Shown piece by piece: positions 1 through 9,032 of a stretch of 64,000 nt of DNA; the first letter of the stretch is position 1; every line of letters begins with the position of its first letter. The stretch comes from Candidatus Obscuribacterales bacterium (GTDB lineage: Bacteria > Cyanobacteriota > Vampirovibrionia > Obscuribacterales > Obscuribacteraceae), in NCBI GenBank assembly GCA_031292355.1, contig JARLHI010000040.1, positions 36,090 to 100,089 of the forward strand, in the 5' to 3' direction. The position numbers and the translations under genes were made by a program. Below the pieces are notes generated by a model. The model searched no databases and was not told the DNA's origin. It was given only the letters and a program-made list of their open reading frames with translations.

Positions 1-236
1 AGCGCGTTGTGTGTTTTTTTCTTCCGATCTTCAGTGACTGATTTTTCAGAACCGGCTGGCTCCGGCGTTATCTTAAAATCGCGCTTACGCTTATATTCCT
101 GCAGCATGTATCTCTCTCCGAGAGTGCTTATTGTAGGATATTTGACGTCCCGAAAACAAAGTCGGTTCCACGCCGACAGTCATGTGCTAAATTGTGGACT
201 TAGCCACTCAGCCTTTATGCGAGTCCTTTGCCTTGA

Positions 237-248
237 CTTTGCCTAAAA
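237..248 (+). repeat. conserved intergenic 12-mer CTTTGCCTAAAA, site 1
   Basis: Exact 12-mer. Context TTGACTTTGCCTAAAAAGATATAATTG. Confidence 0.6.
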
Positions 249-404
249 AGATATAATTGAAAAAATGTCGGCAAGAATCGCCTCGCTTGGGAGACGAAAC
301 TTGCCGATTCTTTCAGACTCTGTCCGGCCCTTTGCTGTTTTTCTTCTTTTTGTTTTCGAAGGTTTTGGCGACACCGAGAACGGTTTCCGATTGTCTTTCT
401 CTGT

Positions 405-800
405 TTAGTCAGCAGTTGAAACCTTCAACTGCCACTTTTTGATCACCTGTGACGCGAGGTGATTAGCTCCGCCGCTGAAAGCACCGATGCCAAAGAACAA
501 CAGGCTAGGTTGAAAGAAAAATTGCCACGATATTGCTTGGTGCAGGTGTAACATTGTGCAAACGGCGAGGCAAAACCAGAACACAGATAGACACACAGCC
601 GAGACCAGAACGCTATTGCGCAAAGATGGCGACACCCAGGATCTGAAATTGTTGTTCCAGGTCCAGGTTAAATAACCAAGTGCGGCACCAAATAGCGAAG
701 CGAAGAAACATTGACTAGGAGCGCTCTGCATAAAGTAGCTGAAGAGACCGTAGCCGAGAGAGGCTGCAAGCATGCTTGCAAGCAAAGGGACAAACTTCAT
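405..800 (-). CDS. small polytopic membrane protein, unknown function
   Basis: ORF 405..845 re-started at the internal ATG (MKFVPLL) preceded by AAGAGGAA. Several hydrophobic helices. Confidence 0.5.
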   Translation of the reverse strand: MKFVPLLASMLAASLGYGLFSYFMQSAPSQCFFASLFGAALGYLTWTWNNNFRSWVSPSLRNSVLVSAVCLSVFWFCLAVCTMLHLHQAISWQFFFQPSLLFFGIGAFSGGANHLASQVIKKWQLKVSTAD

Positions 801-866
801 AGTTGGATTCCTCTTGTTGCGACTGCGAAACGCAATGTAGGGCACTGCATTTGGTGTTAGGTGAAT

Positions 867-1154
867 TTAGATTCCGATGATCTTCCTCTGTTCGCAGGTC
901 AGCTGGTCGATTACTGAGTCGCGATGGGTTCGGTAGATCGGGCGGGGCGAAGTAATTTCATAGGCTATTTCGCCGATGACGACGCAATCGATTTCGCGTG
1001 GCTCGATATTGCCGCCCCATACGTCTTTACCTTTGCCGACTGCAACTGCTACGGCCCTGTCATAAAAACGTCCGATATGCTTGACTCCCCCTTTGCCTTC
1101 GACTGTGTCCAGCGGTTCGAAGACATCATAGGCTTGAATGATTTCGGTGGCCAT
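867..1154 (-). CDS. hypothetical protein (95 aa)
   Basis: ATG preceded by GGAG about 7 nt upstream. Same strand as the flanking genes. No recognisable motif. Confidence 0.45.
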   Translation of the reverse strand: MATEIIQAYDVFEPLDTVEGKGGVKHIGRFYDRAVAVAVGKGKDVWGGNIEPREIDCVVIGEIAYEITSPRPIYRTHRDSVIDQLTCEQRKIIGI

Positions 1155-1442
1155 AAGGAGACTCCATCATTTGAGTGGTTCCTGGCGTAGATTTGGTAAC
1201 TGGTATAACTGGTGGTTTTTTTTTAGAGGCTCGGATGGAGAAGAGAAAAGACGAATTGACAACTTCAAGCTAGGCTGTAAATAGCGGCGATTGCAAGCAG
1301 TCTTATCGTTTCTAACTCGAATACTGCTAGCTGACGAGACACCGGCACGGCAATTGTCGCAAAAACTGGTATGTGGCATCGTATTTTCGCTAATGATAAT
1401 GATATTGAATGGCAGCATCAGTTGAGCTGAGAGGGCGCCTTG

Positions 1443-2240
1443 CTAAGCCACTTTGCCAGAGCCACTCTTTGTACGCTTAGAAATATTGTTCATGCTCGCT
1501 TTCAAAGCCGCCATCAGATCAATAGCCTGTGTCGGTGCTGTCACTTTCGGTTGTTTCAAGGTGGTACCTTTTAACTTTGCAGCTATCAGCTTTTTTAGAG
1601 CAGCTTGATATTTGTCTTTGAATTTCTTTGGTTCAAACGTTGAAGTCATCGCCCCAATCAACGAACTGGCCATCTTTTTTTCTTGTGCTGAAATCGATAC
1701 TGAAGATTTAGGAGCATCTTCCATCGATTTAATTTCGTCTGCATAAAGCAAAGTTTGAAGCATCAAAGTCTTGCCCATTGGCCGCAAAGCGCACAACCGC
1801 TCTTTATTGCGGAAGGCGATAGTGGCTATTCCTGCCATGTTTTTGGACGACAATGCGTCGACCAACAGTCTATAAGGTTTAAGCCCAGCCTTATCTACTT
1901 CTAAATAGTAAGTCGAGTCGTAGTAGATGGGGTCAATTTCTTGCAATTCCACAAAATTAGACACGTCTATAGTGTGCTTGCTTGGCAGTGGTAGTTGTTC
2001 AAAATCTGCGGCTGTCAACTCAATGTACTCGTTTTTCGCGTACTCAAAGCCTTTGACGATTTCTTCCCATTCTACGTTTCGCTTACAATGCGGGCAATAT
2101 CGCAACTCTTTAATTCGCGTGTCGCACTTTTTATGCAGTTGATGGAAGTTGACACCGTGACTCTCGGTGGCTGTGTGTAGCTTTACCGGAATGCTCACCA
2201 TGCCGAAGCTAATAACGCCAGTCCACATCGATCTGCCCAT
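1443..2240 (-). CDS. ku: Ku (non-homologous end joining DNA-end-binding protein)
   Basis: N-terminus MGRSMWTGVISFGMVSIPVKLHTAT matches the bacterial Ku signature (…WKG.ISFGLV.IPVKL..A.). Start re-placed at the ATG after GAAAAAGGAGGAAACTTT. No LigD gene in the window. Confidence 0.85.
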   Translation of the reverse strand: MGRSMWTGVISFGMVSIPVKLHTATESHGVNFHQLHKKCDTRIKELRYCPHCKRNVEWEEIVKGFEYAKNEYIELTAADFEQLPLPSKHTIDVSNFVELQEIDPIYYDSTYYLEVDKAGLKPYRLLVDALSSKNMAGIATIAFRNKERLCALRPMGKTLMLQTLLYADEIKSMEDAPKSSVSISAQEKKMASSLIGAMTSTFEPKKFKDKYQAALKKLIAAKLKGTTLKQPKVTAPTQAIDLMAALKASMNNISKRTKSGSGKVA

Positions 2241-2265
2241 AAAGTTTCCTCCTTTTTCAATTCGC

Positions 2266-2790
2266 TTATGCCATGGCTTTATTGATGGCAAGCCTGGCCG
2301 CATCGCTATCCTTCCAGCCCAGTATTTTGAATTGCTCTCCCTTGCTCTGATTTTGCAAGACAAAAAACATCTCCAATTCTTTGAGGAAGTTTGGCGCTAC
2401 TTCCTGCCAGCTTTTTAATTCTCCGTACTCAATGGAATAGTTGTGCACTACAAGCACCCTATCGTTACGATAAACCTTTCCATTCTTGGTTTGCTCAGCT
2501 TCCATCACGCCGATCAGTATCGTGTGCACCAAACAACCTGCAAAAGCCGGCTGGTCCATCAAGACAATAATGTCTAAAGGATCGCCATCTTCGGCTCGCG
2601 TGGATGGCACAAATCCAAAATCGAAAGGAAAGGTGAGACCCGCGGTGAGCGCTTTTGCGCATTCGAACATCTTCGTTTGCGGCGAATACTTGTATTTATT
2701 GCGACTGCCTTTGGGCGTTTCAATGATCACATGCGTCAGGCCTTCGCTGTCAAAGGGGGGCAAGTCGTTTACTGCAGTCACTGGGTTCAC
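2266..2790 (-). CDS. ppa: family I inorganic pyrophosphatase
   Basis: 174 aa with HVIIETPKGSRNKYKY and DGDPLDIIVL motifs typical of soluble PPase. GTG start. Confidence 0.85.
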   Translation of the reverse strand: MNPVTAVNDLPPFDSEGLTHVIIETPKGSRNKYKYSPQTKMFECAKALTAGLTFPFDFGFVPSTRAEDGDPLDIIVLMDQPAFAGCLVHTILIGVMEAEQTKNGKVYRNDRVLVVHNYSIEYGELKSWQEVAPNFLKELEMFFVLQNQSKGEQFKILGWKDSDAARLAINKAMA

Positions 2791-2996
2791 CTCAAACGCT
2801 CAAGTGGCATAGACGGGACGGAGAATGCTTTGCACCACCATATGGTTAAAAGATCGTGTTTCTTACAGAATTATATGTGGACAAGCAGTTGTCTGCTGAG
2901 GTATTCATCCCTGCCTGAACATCGGGTTAACTTGCTAAGACCAAATTCTCGATGTAGACTCGGGGACGACCATTTACTACCGACGCGTATCGACAA

Positions 2997-4241
2997 TTGA
3001 TGATGTCTTCACCGCCAGCCTTAACAGGGCTATATTTATTGCGCCCAAACACAGGAGCGATGCGAAAACTCGCTCTTGGTAGCGCGACTACAATCGCCAC
3101 GCTGATGTGTATTCCGGATGCCGTCGGCATCATACCTGTGGTCCCGGATCCGCTCGCCTGGTGCATCCGCATTACTGGGCTCTGGCTTTCAGCTTTTATT
3201 TTGTGGGCTTTTGGTTTTATCGCCACTCTTTATTTTGCACGTTTTGCTGGTGGTGGTATTTTGATCAGTGCCAAAGGCATCAAATTCTCGCGCTTTGGCA
3301 AGGTTGTGGAATGGAAGAACATCAAAGCATTGACGCTGGACACACAGCCGTTATTCTCTCTAGCTTTCGGTTTGGCTGGAACAGCAAGACGATTACTCGT
3401 TTTTGAGGAGAAATCAGACAAAGCGAGTGGCAAGAAAAAGCTTGTGCCGCATCCAGTGCCTTCCTTTCAATTCTCGCCAGAGGAATTTACTTCGCTCTTT
3501 GCATACATTTGCGACAATGCGTTGCACTTTGTGCCGCATTCCACCGAAGCCTATATTTTTCAGCAAGAACAAAGTCAATTCTTACGATCGTCAGGAAAAC
3601 GTGCGGCAACTCTGAGAAAGGTCTTGTCGGTAATTATCGCCATTGGTCTCGTATTGTTTCTAGGACGGAAAGCCAGTCTTAACTATTTTTTCAATCAAGG
3701 CACGGTTAGTTTTCGACATGAAAATTATGCCGCCGCAATTAAGGATTTTCAAACGGCAACGAAAATAGATCAGACATTTGCCGCAGCTTGGGATCAACTT
3801 GCGCGTTCGGAATTTAGACGTGGAGACTCGCTCAAAGCCGAGCAACACTGGCAGCGAGCCCTGCAAATGAAGCCAGACTTGGTCGAAGCGAAAGTTGGAC
3901 TCTCTAACATTTTGATGAGTCGGGGCGAATACAAACAAGCCGAATCACTCCTTGAGCAATGTGCTCAGTTAGCTCCGCATAACTTTGCGGTCTATCTGAA
4001 TCAGGCGGTTCTCTACCAAAAGTTGGGACAGATCGATAATTCCAGAGAGCTTCTTAGCACTGTGCTTCACGAAGCGAGCAATGATCCGGATTCGCTTGCC
4101 AAAGCAGCCAGAATCTACGATGAAATTGGCGATCGAGCTGTGGCACTTGTGGTGCTTAAACAGGCCTTGAATATCGCTCCTCAAAATCGCATAGCCCTGT
4201 CTTTGATGGCTCAATTGAAGAACGAGCGTGGTGCACAATGA
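2997..4241 (+). CDS. membrane-anchored TPR-repeat protein
   Basis: N-terminal TM helices, then C-terminal TPR-like repeats (AWDQLARSEFRRGD…, …LNQAVLYQKLGQ…). The true start may be the internal ATG near 3060 (MRKLALG). Confidence 0.6.
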   Translation: MMMSSPPALTGLYLLRPNTGAMRKLALGSATTIATLMCIPDAVGIIPVVPDPLAWCIRITGLWLSAFILWAFGFIATLYFARFAGGGILISAKGIKFSRFGKVVEWKNIKALTLDTQPLFSLAFGLAGTARRLLVFEEKSDKASGKKKLVPHPVPSFQFSPEEFTSLFAYICDNALHFVPHSTEAYIFQQEQSQFLRSSGKRAATLRKVLSVIIAIGLVLFLGRKASLNYFFNQGTVSFRHENYAAAIKDFQTATKIDQTFAAAWDQLARSEFRRGDSLKAEQHWQRALQMKPDLVEAKVGLSNILMSRGEYKQAESLLEQCAQLAPHNFAVYLNQAVLYQKLGQIDNSRELLSTVLHEASNDPDSLAKAARIYDEIGDRAVALVVLKQALNIAPQNRIALSLMAQLKNERGAQ

Positions 4242-4774
4242 AGGATAAAATTGAGTCATTACTTGCCAATGAAATTCTCAAAGCGGTATTGTTCGTTTCT
4301 TTGCCATTCGCCTTAGCAGTGTTTATGGGAGCGGTCTGGGGGCTCGTCGATTGGCTTCGAACATACGGCAGTGGTACAGCCGCTTTTCCTTATTTTGATC
4401 AATCGCAAAGTGGTTTGGAATTTCACAATCGCTATCAGCCTGGCACCTTTTTCGGCTTTGTCGAAACCGCTGTTAACTGGTACAACATGTCTTTTCGCGG
4501 TGGTACTAGATTCGGTTCAGGGCTGGGTTTCATGGGGGGAGCCTTCCTGGTCATGGGCTTTTACAAAGAGCGCAAAGTTTTTGTCCGCACGGTGGCAGGC
4601 ATGACAGTGGGCGCCGAGATCGGCGCTAGATTTGCTCTTAATCTCGGTAGTGGTGTGCCGTTGTTTTTAGTGGGAGTAACAGTGGGAGCCATTATCGGCG
4701 GGCTCTATATGAGCTTTGGCGCTGCTCCATCTAAGGCGAAGACGCTGCCATTGAAAGTATTGTCACAAGTCTAA
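4238..4774 (+). CDS. polytopic membrane protein, unknown function
   Basis: ATGA stop/start overlap with the upstream TPR gene, so probably co-transcribed. Gly-rich hydrophobic helices. Confidence 0.55.
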   Translation: MKDKIESLLANEILKAVLFVSLPFALAVFMGAVWGLVDWLRTYGSGTAAFPYFDQSQSGLEFHNRYQPGTFFGFVETAVNWYNMSFRGGTRFGSGLGFMGGAFLVMGFYKERKVFVRTVAGMTVGAEIGARFALNLGSGVPLFLVGVTVGAIIGGLYMSFGAAPSKAKTLPLKVLSQV

Positions 4775-5067
4775 AATAGGCAGCCCAGCGCAGACCGCTT
4801 TTTGCAAAAAGTGGCATGCCGGTGACTGGTCAGCTAGCACTCTTTGGGCCGAGAATTGCAAGAGTGCTTGCAATAACTCCTCCTTACAACCTAGCGTGAA
4901 GACATCACTTCGTCTTTCCAATTTTATATTTGAGTCTGCAAAAACAGTAAGCACTCACTCTAATTCCAAACCTCATCAAGCACACCACTGCCTAATGGCT
5001 GTCTGGTAGCCGTCTTTGCACCGTCTGTCGAAGGCCACGCCTTGCCGCTCAATTTAACTTGTCATCG

Positions 5068-5340
5068 TCAATAAGCCCAAATCGAAGGCTTCGGGCTACG
5101 TCGGTGAATCCATGGGGGGTAAACCTGGATGCGATTTGTTTGCAAACGTTTCTGGATTCCAACGCCCAAGAGTTTGGCAGAGTCACCGGCACGGTTGCCC
5201 AGAAGCTTCTTGCCGGCGCGCCGCATATTGAGTTCGTCGACGTGGGTATACGCTATCAAACGGTTGAGGTAAGACGGATGATTCAGCAAGGACTTGAGCC
5301 CACCGTAGGCGCAAATGCTCTGGTGTAGGAGCTTGACCAA
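5068..5340 (-). pseudogene. remnant of a tyrosine recombinase/integrase C-terminus
   Basis: The minus-strand reading gives LKSLLNHPSYLNRLIAYTHVDELNMRRAGKKL, which resembles the XerC/D-integrase box II end (LLGHSS..TT.IYTHV..E.L). Only ~90 aa are open, with a stop upstream. An overlapping + strand ORF (5059..5328) is presumably a shadow. Confidence 0.4.
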
Positions 5341-5439
5341 GCGATAGCGATGAATAAACTCACTAAAAAGTGAGCAGGCAGTAAATACGTGCGGTGGTAT
5401 TCAAAACGTTCAGAAACTGGAAAAGGAAAGGGTACTGCT

Positions 5440-5676
5440 ATGGAATCGGAATCCGTTATTGGAGAACTTCTCTCGTCAACAAGAGAAATTTGCCGTCGAT
5501 ATCTACTGATTTTCCTCATTGGCGCAATCGTTGTGCCTCTCGTCTGCGGCGGCATCGAGATCCATGCAGGAGGTCCGTTCTGGCTGGGAGTGAAGTGGGG
5601 CCTTTCCGGATGGCTGTATGTTGCATTTGTCGTGTACTCGTTCGCCATGTTTAATGCCTCTCGTGGTTACAACTAG
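5440..5676 (+). CDS. small membrane protein (78 aa), hypothetical
   Basis: ATG preceded by AAAGGAAAGGG. Two hydrophobic helices. Confidence 0.35.
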   Translation: MESESVIGELLSSTREICRRYLLIFLIGAIVVPLVCGGIEIHAGGPFWLGVKWGLSGWLYVAFVVYSFAMFNASRGYN

Positions 5677-5836
5677 GGGTACAAGGCTACGAACTGCACT
5701 GTGTCGAAATGGTGATGAGAAGCCAGTCTTGGCTTCTCGTTATCGTTTTCTGTACGTGGTGGCAGCTTGGGCACCACTTGCAGAACAGGCGTTGGGTTGG
5801 CCCTGTGTCGAGCACTTATCTCTTTTTTTTTGCCAA

Positions 5837-5848
5837 CTTTGCCTAAAA
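5837..5848 (+). repeat. conserved intergenic 12-mer, site 2
   Basis: Exact 12-mer. Context CAACTTTGCCTAAAAGAG. Confidence 0.6.
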
Positions 5849-5949
5849 GAGTTCATGTTTTGACGAAATTGCATTGCGTAATTTCCCCCTTGATCACGGC
5901 GTTTTGAAAACCTAAGATGCTTTCAGACTTACACCTGAGGTTGCACAAA

Positions 5950-6183
5950 ATGGCTGACATTATTATCAATCCAGAAAAAACAGCCAGCACAGAAGCTGTG
6001 TCTCATTCTTTTTCGCCGGCTCAGAGCGAGGGTTACGCCAGTGGCGGTGCCTTCAAAATAGCTGAATCTACCGCCGCCACGCTTCCACTTTTTGTAATTT
6101 GTCCTGATGGCAACGTTGCAGGAACCGCTACCACTAAAGCAGAAATAATCAAGCTTAACGGACAGTGTCGCGAAAAGGGTTGA
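5950..6183 (+). CDS. small hypothetical protein
   Basis: ORF 5917..6183 with a plausible ATG at MADIIINPEK after GAGG. About 100 bp downstream of an occurrence of the conserved 12-mer. Confidence 0.3.
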   Translation: MADIIINPEKTASTEAVSHSFSPAQSEGYASGGAFKIAESTAATLPLFVICPDGNVAGTATTKAEIIKLNGQCREKG

Positions 6184-6184
6184 T

Positions 6185-7066
6185 CTAATGCATTAGCGCT
6201 TTGAGAGCTGTCATTTTGCTGTCTGTATCGAGCGAATCATCACGCAGAATATGACCAATTGCTCCTTTGCGATCTTCGGAGAGATTTAGTTCTCCTTGAG
6301 ATTTATTCATCAACCCCAGACTGCGAGCCATGTCTCGGGTATTTTGATCGCTCATGGCACGCGAAATATCGCCATTGTATTTGGTATTAACGGTGTCAAT
6401 GAAAGAATTAGCAAACGGCGCATTTTTGCTTGGCTTTGGCGCTTTGCCGCGGGAGTTGCCAGAGCCGTATGAGGTCGGATTGTGAGGAGAGCCAGGGCGG
6501 GCATAGTTGTTTCCGGTACTTCCTCCTGCGCCGCTGATGGGGGTTAAAAATGGGTCAGGACCTTGGGCATTGGCTTGATTCGTTGGCGTAAAATTTTGTC
6601 CGCCGTTTCTTGAAGATTGAAATGCGCTAGTGCCGTTGTTTTGTTGATTCTGGTTCTGATTTTGATTGTTGAACTGATTTGAATTGGGGTAACCATAGCG
6701 AATCACTTGTTGTGGATTGGCATTAGGATTTGGATTCGGATTATGTTCGTCGGCATTGATTTGATAAAAATTTGGATTGCCGTAGGGACTATAGCCACCG
6801 TAACCAACGCCGCCTGTGCCTCGGCTCGTTTGCTGCAGAATTTTTCCGCCCCACCAGATAGGATTAGTCTGGCCGTTTCCACCCCAGGGTGAATAACTGA
6901 AGTATCGCAACGGCTGTAAAAGCGAACTGCCAATGGCTAAGGGGTTGGCCGCCTGAGCGTGCGATGGTGCTGTACTTGAACCGAATAACAGAATGACGCC
7001 GAACAGCAAATTGATTTTTTGATTTTGCATCTTTAAATACTCGAGTGCAGACCTCTTTGATACCAT
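6185..7066 (-). CDS. secreted low-complexity Asn/Gln/Gly/Pro-rich protein
   Basis: Signal-peptide-like N-terminus (LLFGVILLFGSSTAPSHAQA). NPNPNPNANP and NNQNQNQNQQNN tracts. Gly/Tyr/Pro-rich middle region. Confidence 0.6.
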   Translation of the reverse strand: MVSKRSALEYLKMQNQKINLLFGVILLFGSSTAPSHAQAANPLAIGSSLLQPLRYFSYSPWGGNGQTNPIWWGGKILQQTSRGTGGVGYGGYSPYGNPNFYQINADEHNPNPNPNANPQQVIRYGYPNSNQFNNQNQNQNQQNNGTSAFQSSRNGGQNFTPTNQANAQGPDPFLTPISGAGGSTGNNYARPGSPHNPTSYGSGNSRGKAPKPSKNAPFANSFIDTVNTKYNGDISRAMSDQNTRDMARSLGLMNKSQGELNLSEDRKGAIGHILRDDSLDTDSKMTALKALMH

Positions 7067-7219
7067 TAAAACCGGTAACTAGCTCATTTCTTTAAGATCG
7101 TTTATGCAAGAATTTCATTTGCGCCCCAGCTTGAGCTTTATCAATGAAGCCGGGATATGTGAAAGTGCGGCACCGCAAATGGTGTCGGAAAATGCTCTGC
7201 TTAGTCCTTCCGACCTGGC

Positions 7220-8368
7220 TCAGGCGCGCAAGGCAGCGCTCACTGCTGCACCCTTTTCGCAACGATGACCGTTATCGATCAACACGCTTTCTAGAGCAGC
7301 AAGTGTCATCAAAACGTCGCGTTCGAACACATAGCCCATATGACCGATGCGGAATATTTTGCCCTTCAGCTCTTCCTGACCATCGGCGACGAGAATGCGA
7401 AATTTTTCTTTGAGTCCTTTGCGAATCACATCGACACCGATATTCGCTGGTGGATAGACAGCCGTAATCGTTGATGAAGCGCAGTCTTCGGCTACGAACA
7501 ATTCTAGATTGAGAGCTTTTAGACCTTCTCGTGTCATTTTTTGCAGCCGTTTGTGTCTGGCGAAAATTGATTCAGTGCCTTCTTCTTTCATCATCTGCAA
7601 AGCAACCTGCAAGCCCATGACGAGCGAAACGTTCGGTGTGAAGGGCGTGGTGTCGGCAGACATGGATTTTTTGTACTTGGCGGCATCGAGGTAGAAGCGC
7701 GGCGTTTTGCACAGTTTGTGAGCATCCCAGGCGCGTGGACCAAAGAAAACAAAAGACAGACCTGGAGGAAGCATCAGGGCTTTCTGACTGCCTGTAGCGA
7801 CAATATCGGCTTGCCATTCATCTATAGGAAAAGGCACGGCGCCGAAGCTGGTTACTGTATCTACAATTGATAATGCGCCATGTTTGCGAATGGCGGCGAG
7901 CATCGGTTGAATGTCGTGCACCACTCCTGTGGATGTTTCATTGTGAGTGATGATCACCGCTTTGAATTTCTTTTCTTTATCTGCTTCCAGTTTTTGCTCT
8001 AATGCTTTGACCGACACAGCTTGCCCGGCAGGAGCACTCAGACGCTCGACCTTGGCGCCTAGGGCCTCGCTCATGCGCGCCCAGCGTTCGCCGAAGACGC
8101 CATTGACGACGCAGAGAACGTCATCTGCCGGACTTATCGTGTTGAAGATGGCAAGTTCCAGAGCTGCGGTACCGGAGGCGGTCAAGACGAAAACATCGTG
8201 TTTCGTTTGACCCAGCCACTGTAAGTTTTCGACTGCGCTTTTGAGCGCTTTGGAAAAATCTGGTGTGCGATGACCAATCGGATGACGGGCAATTGCTTCA
8301 AGGACCGCATCCGGGACAGGTGTTGGTCCAGGAATCATCAAGAATTCACGTGGTTTAAGTACGCTCAT
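7220..8368 (-). CDS. class V aminotransferase (serine--pyruvate / alanine--glyoxylate aminotransferase family)
   Basis: LMIPGPTPVP N-terminal motif and overall AGXT/SgaA-like sequence. Start re-placed at MSVLKPR after GAGGAT. Confidence 0.75.
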   Translation of the reverse strand: MSVLKPREFLMIPGPTPVPDAVLEAIARHPIGHRTPDFSKALKSAVENLQWLGQTKHDVFVLTASGTAALELAIFNTISPADDVLCVVNGVFGERWARMSEALGAKVERLSAPAGQAVSVKALEQKLEADKEKKFKAVIITHNETSTGVVHDIQPMLAAIRKHGALSIVDTVTSFGAVPFPIDEWQADIVATGSQKALMLPPGLSFVFFGPRAWDAHKLCKTPRFYLDAAKYKKSMSADTTPFTPNVSLVMGLQVALQMMKEEGTESIFARHKRLQKMTREGLKALNLELFVAEDCASSTITAVYPPANIGVDVIRKGLKEKFRILVADGQEELKGKIFRIGHMGYVFERDVLMTLAALESVLIDNGHRCEKGAAVSAALRA

Positions 8369-8488
8369 GGTTATCCTCATTTAAAGCCTGGGGCTGTCCC
8401 GTGAACTCAGGATAGACTCTTTATTTCACGAGTGTCAAAGATCTGCGCGGCATCTTTGCGCAAGTTTAGAATTAGGCATAAAAAGAGA

Positions 8489-8520
8489 CCAAAAAAAAGA
8501 AGGAGTGGAGTCTCCTTCTT
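8489..8520 (-). terminator. rho-independent terminator for the 8546..8926 gene
   Basis: Perfect 9-bp stem AAGAAGGAG/CTCCTTCTT with a 6-nt loop, followed on the minus strand by a run of 8 T (A8 on the plus strand at 8491-8498). Confidence 0.7.
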
Positions 8521-8545
8521 TGAGCGTTTTTGAGAAAAAGTGGTC

Positions 8546-8926
8546 TTAGCTGATTTGCCATTCCATGGATTGGCCGCCGGCATTTAGTTGCTTGCTTACT
8601 TCAAAGACTGTTTGACGTGCCATAGAGTCGGTGAAATTGCCGTGCTGGCGGTGATATTCAATGTGTTTATCCATGGTTGCGATATCTTTTTGTTTGATGG
8701 CGGTTGCGAGTTCGTTATTGCGAGCTTCCAGTTCAAGCAAGGCTTGAACCATTGCCGCCAGGCGTTGTTCGGTGGGTGAGAGCTGTCTGCTCTGTGACCA
8801 TTCCTGGGACTCGGACAGCTTAAATCTTTCGCTGATTGATTCGTGTTTTGCACCGTATACGGTGTCGCTTAGATCGTTTCGCATATTAGATGCCATAATC
8901 GATTCACTTTTGCCCGCTTCCATCAT
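8546..8926 (-). CDS. hypothetical protein (126 aa)
   Basis: ORF followed by a strong intrinsic terminator. No recognisable domain. Confidence 0.5.
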   Translation of the reverse strand: MMEAGKSESIMASNMRNDLSDTVYGAKHESISERFKLSESQEWSQSRQLSPTEQRLAAMVQALLELEARNNELATAIKQKDIATMDKHIEYHRQHGNFTDSMARQTVFEVSKQLNAGGQSMEWQIS

Positions 8927-9032
8927 GATTCTCCCCCAGCCATAACCGCTCTTGCTTTTGCCGCTTGTTGATTGTCTTGCTTTGACAATTGAATCCTAAG
9001 CTCTCCAGAAAGGGCAGTCAATTCACTGGCTC

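Noticed and set aside
225-262. Sigma-70-like promoter reading of 12-mer site 1 (TTGACT … TATAAT)
   Set aside because: Spacing between the hexamers is only 13 nt, and the other three sites lack a matching -10 at a fixed distance.
257-442. 61-aa + ORF at the window start
   Set aside because: No RBS, odd composition, and lies in what looks like an intergenic or edge region containing the 12-mer motif.
5059-5328. + strand 89-aa ORF
   Set aside because: Overlaps the minus-strand reading that carries the integrase C-terminal signature. Probably both are decayed, and this one has no motif.
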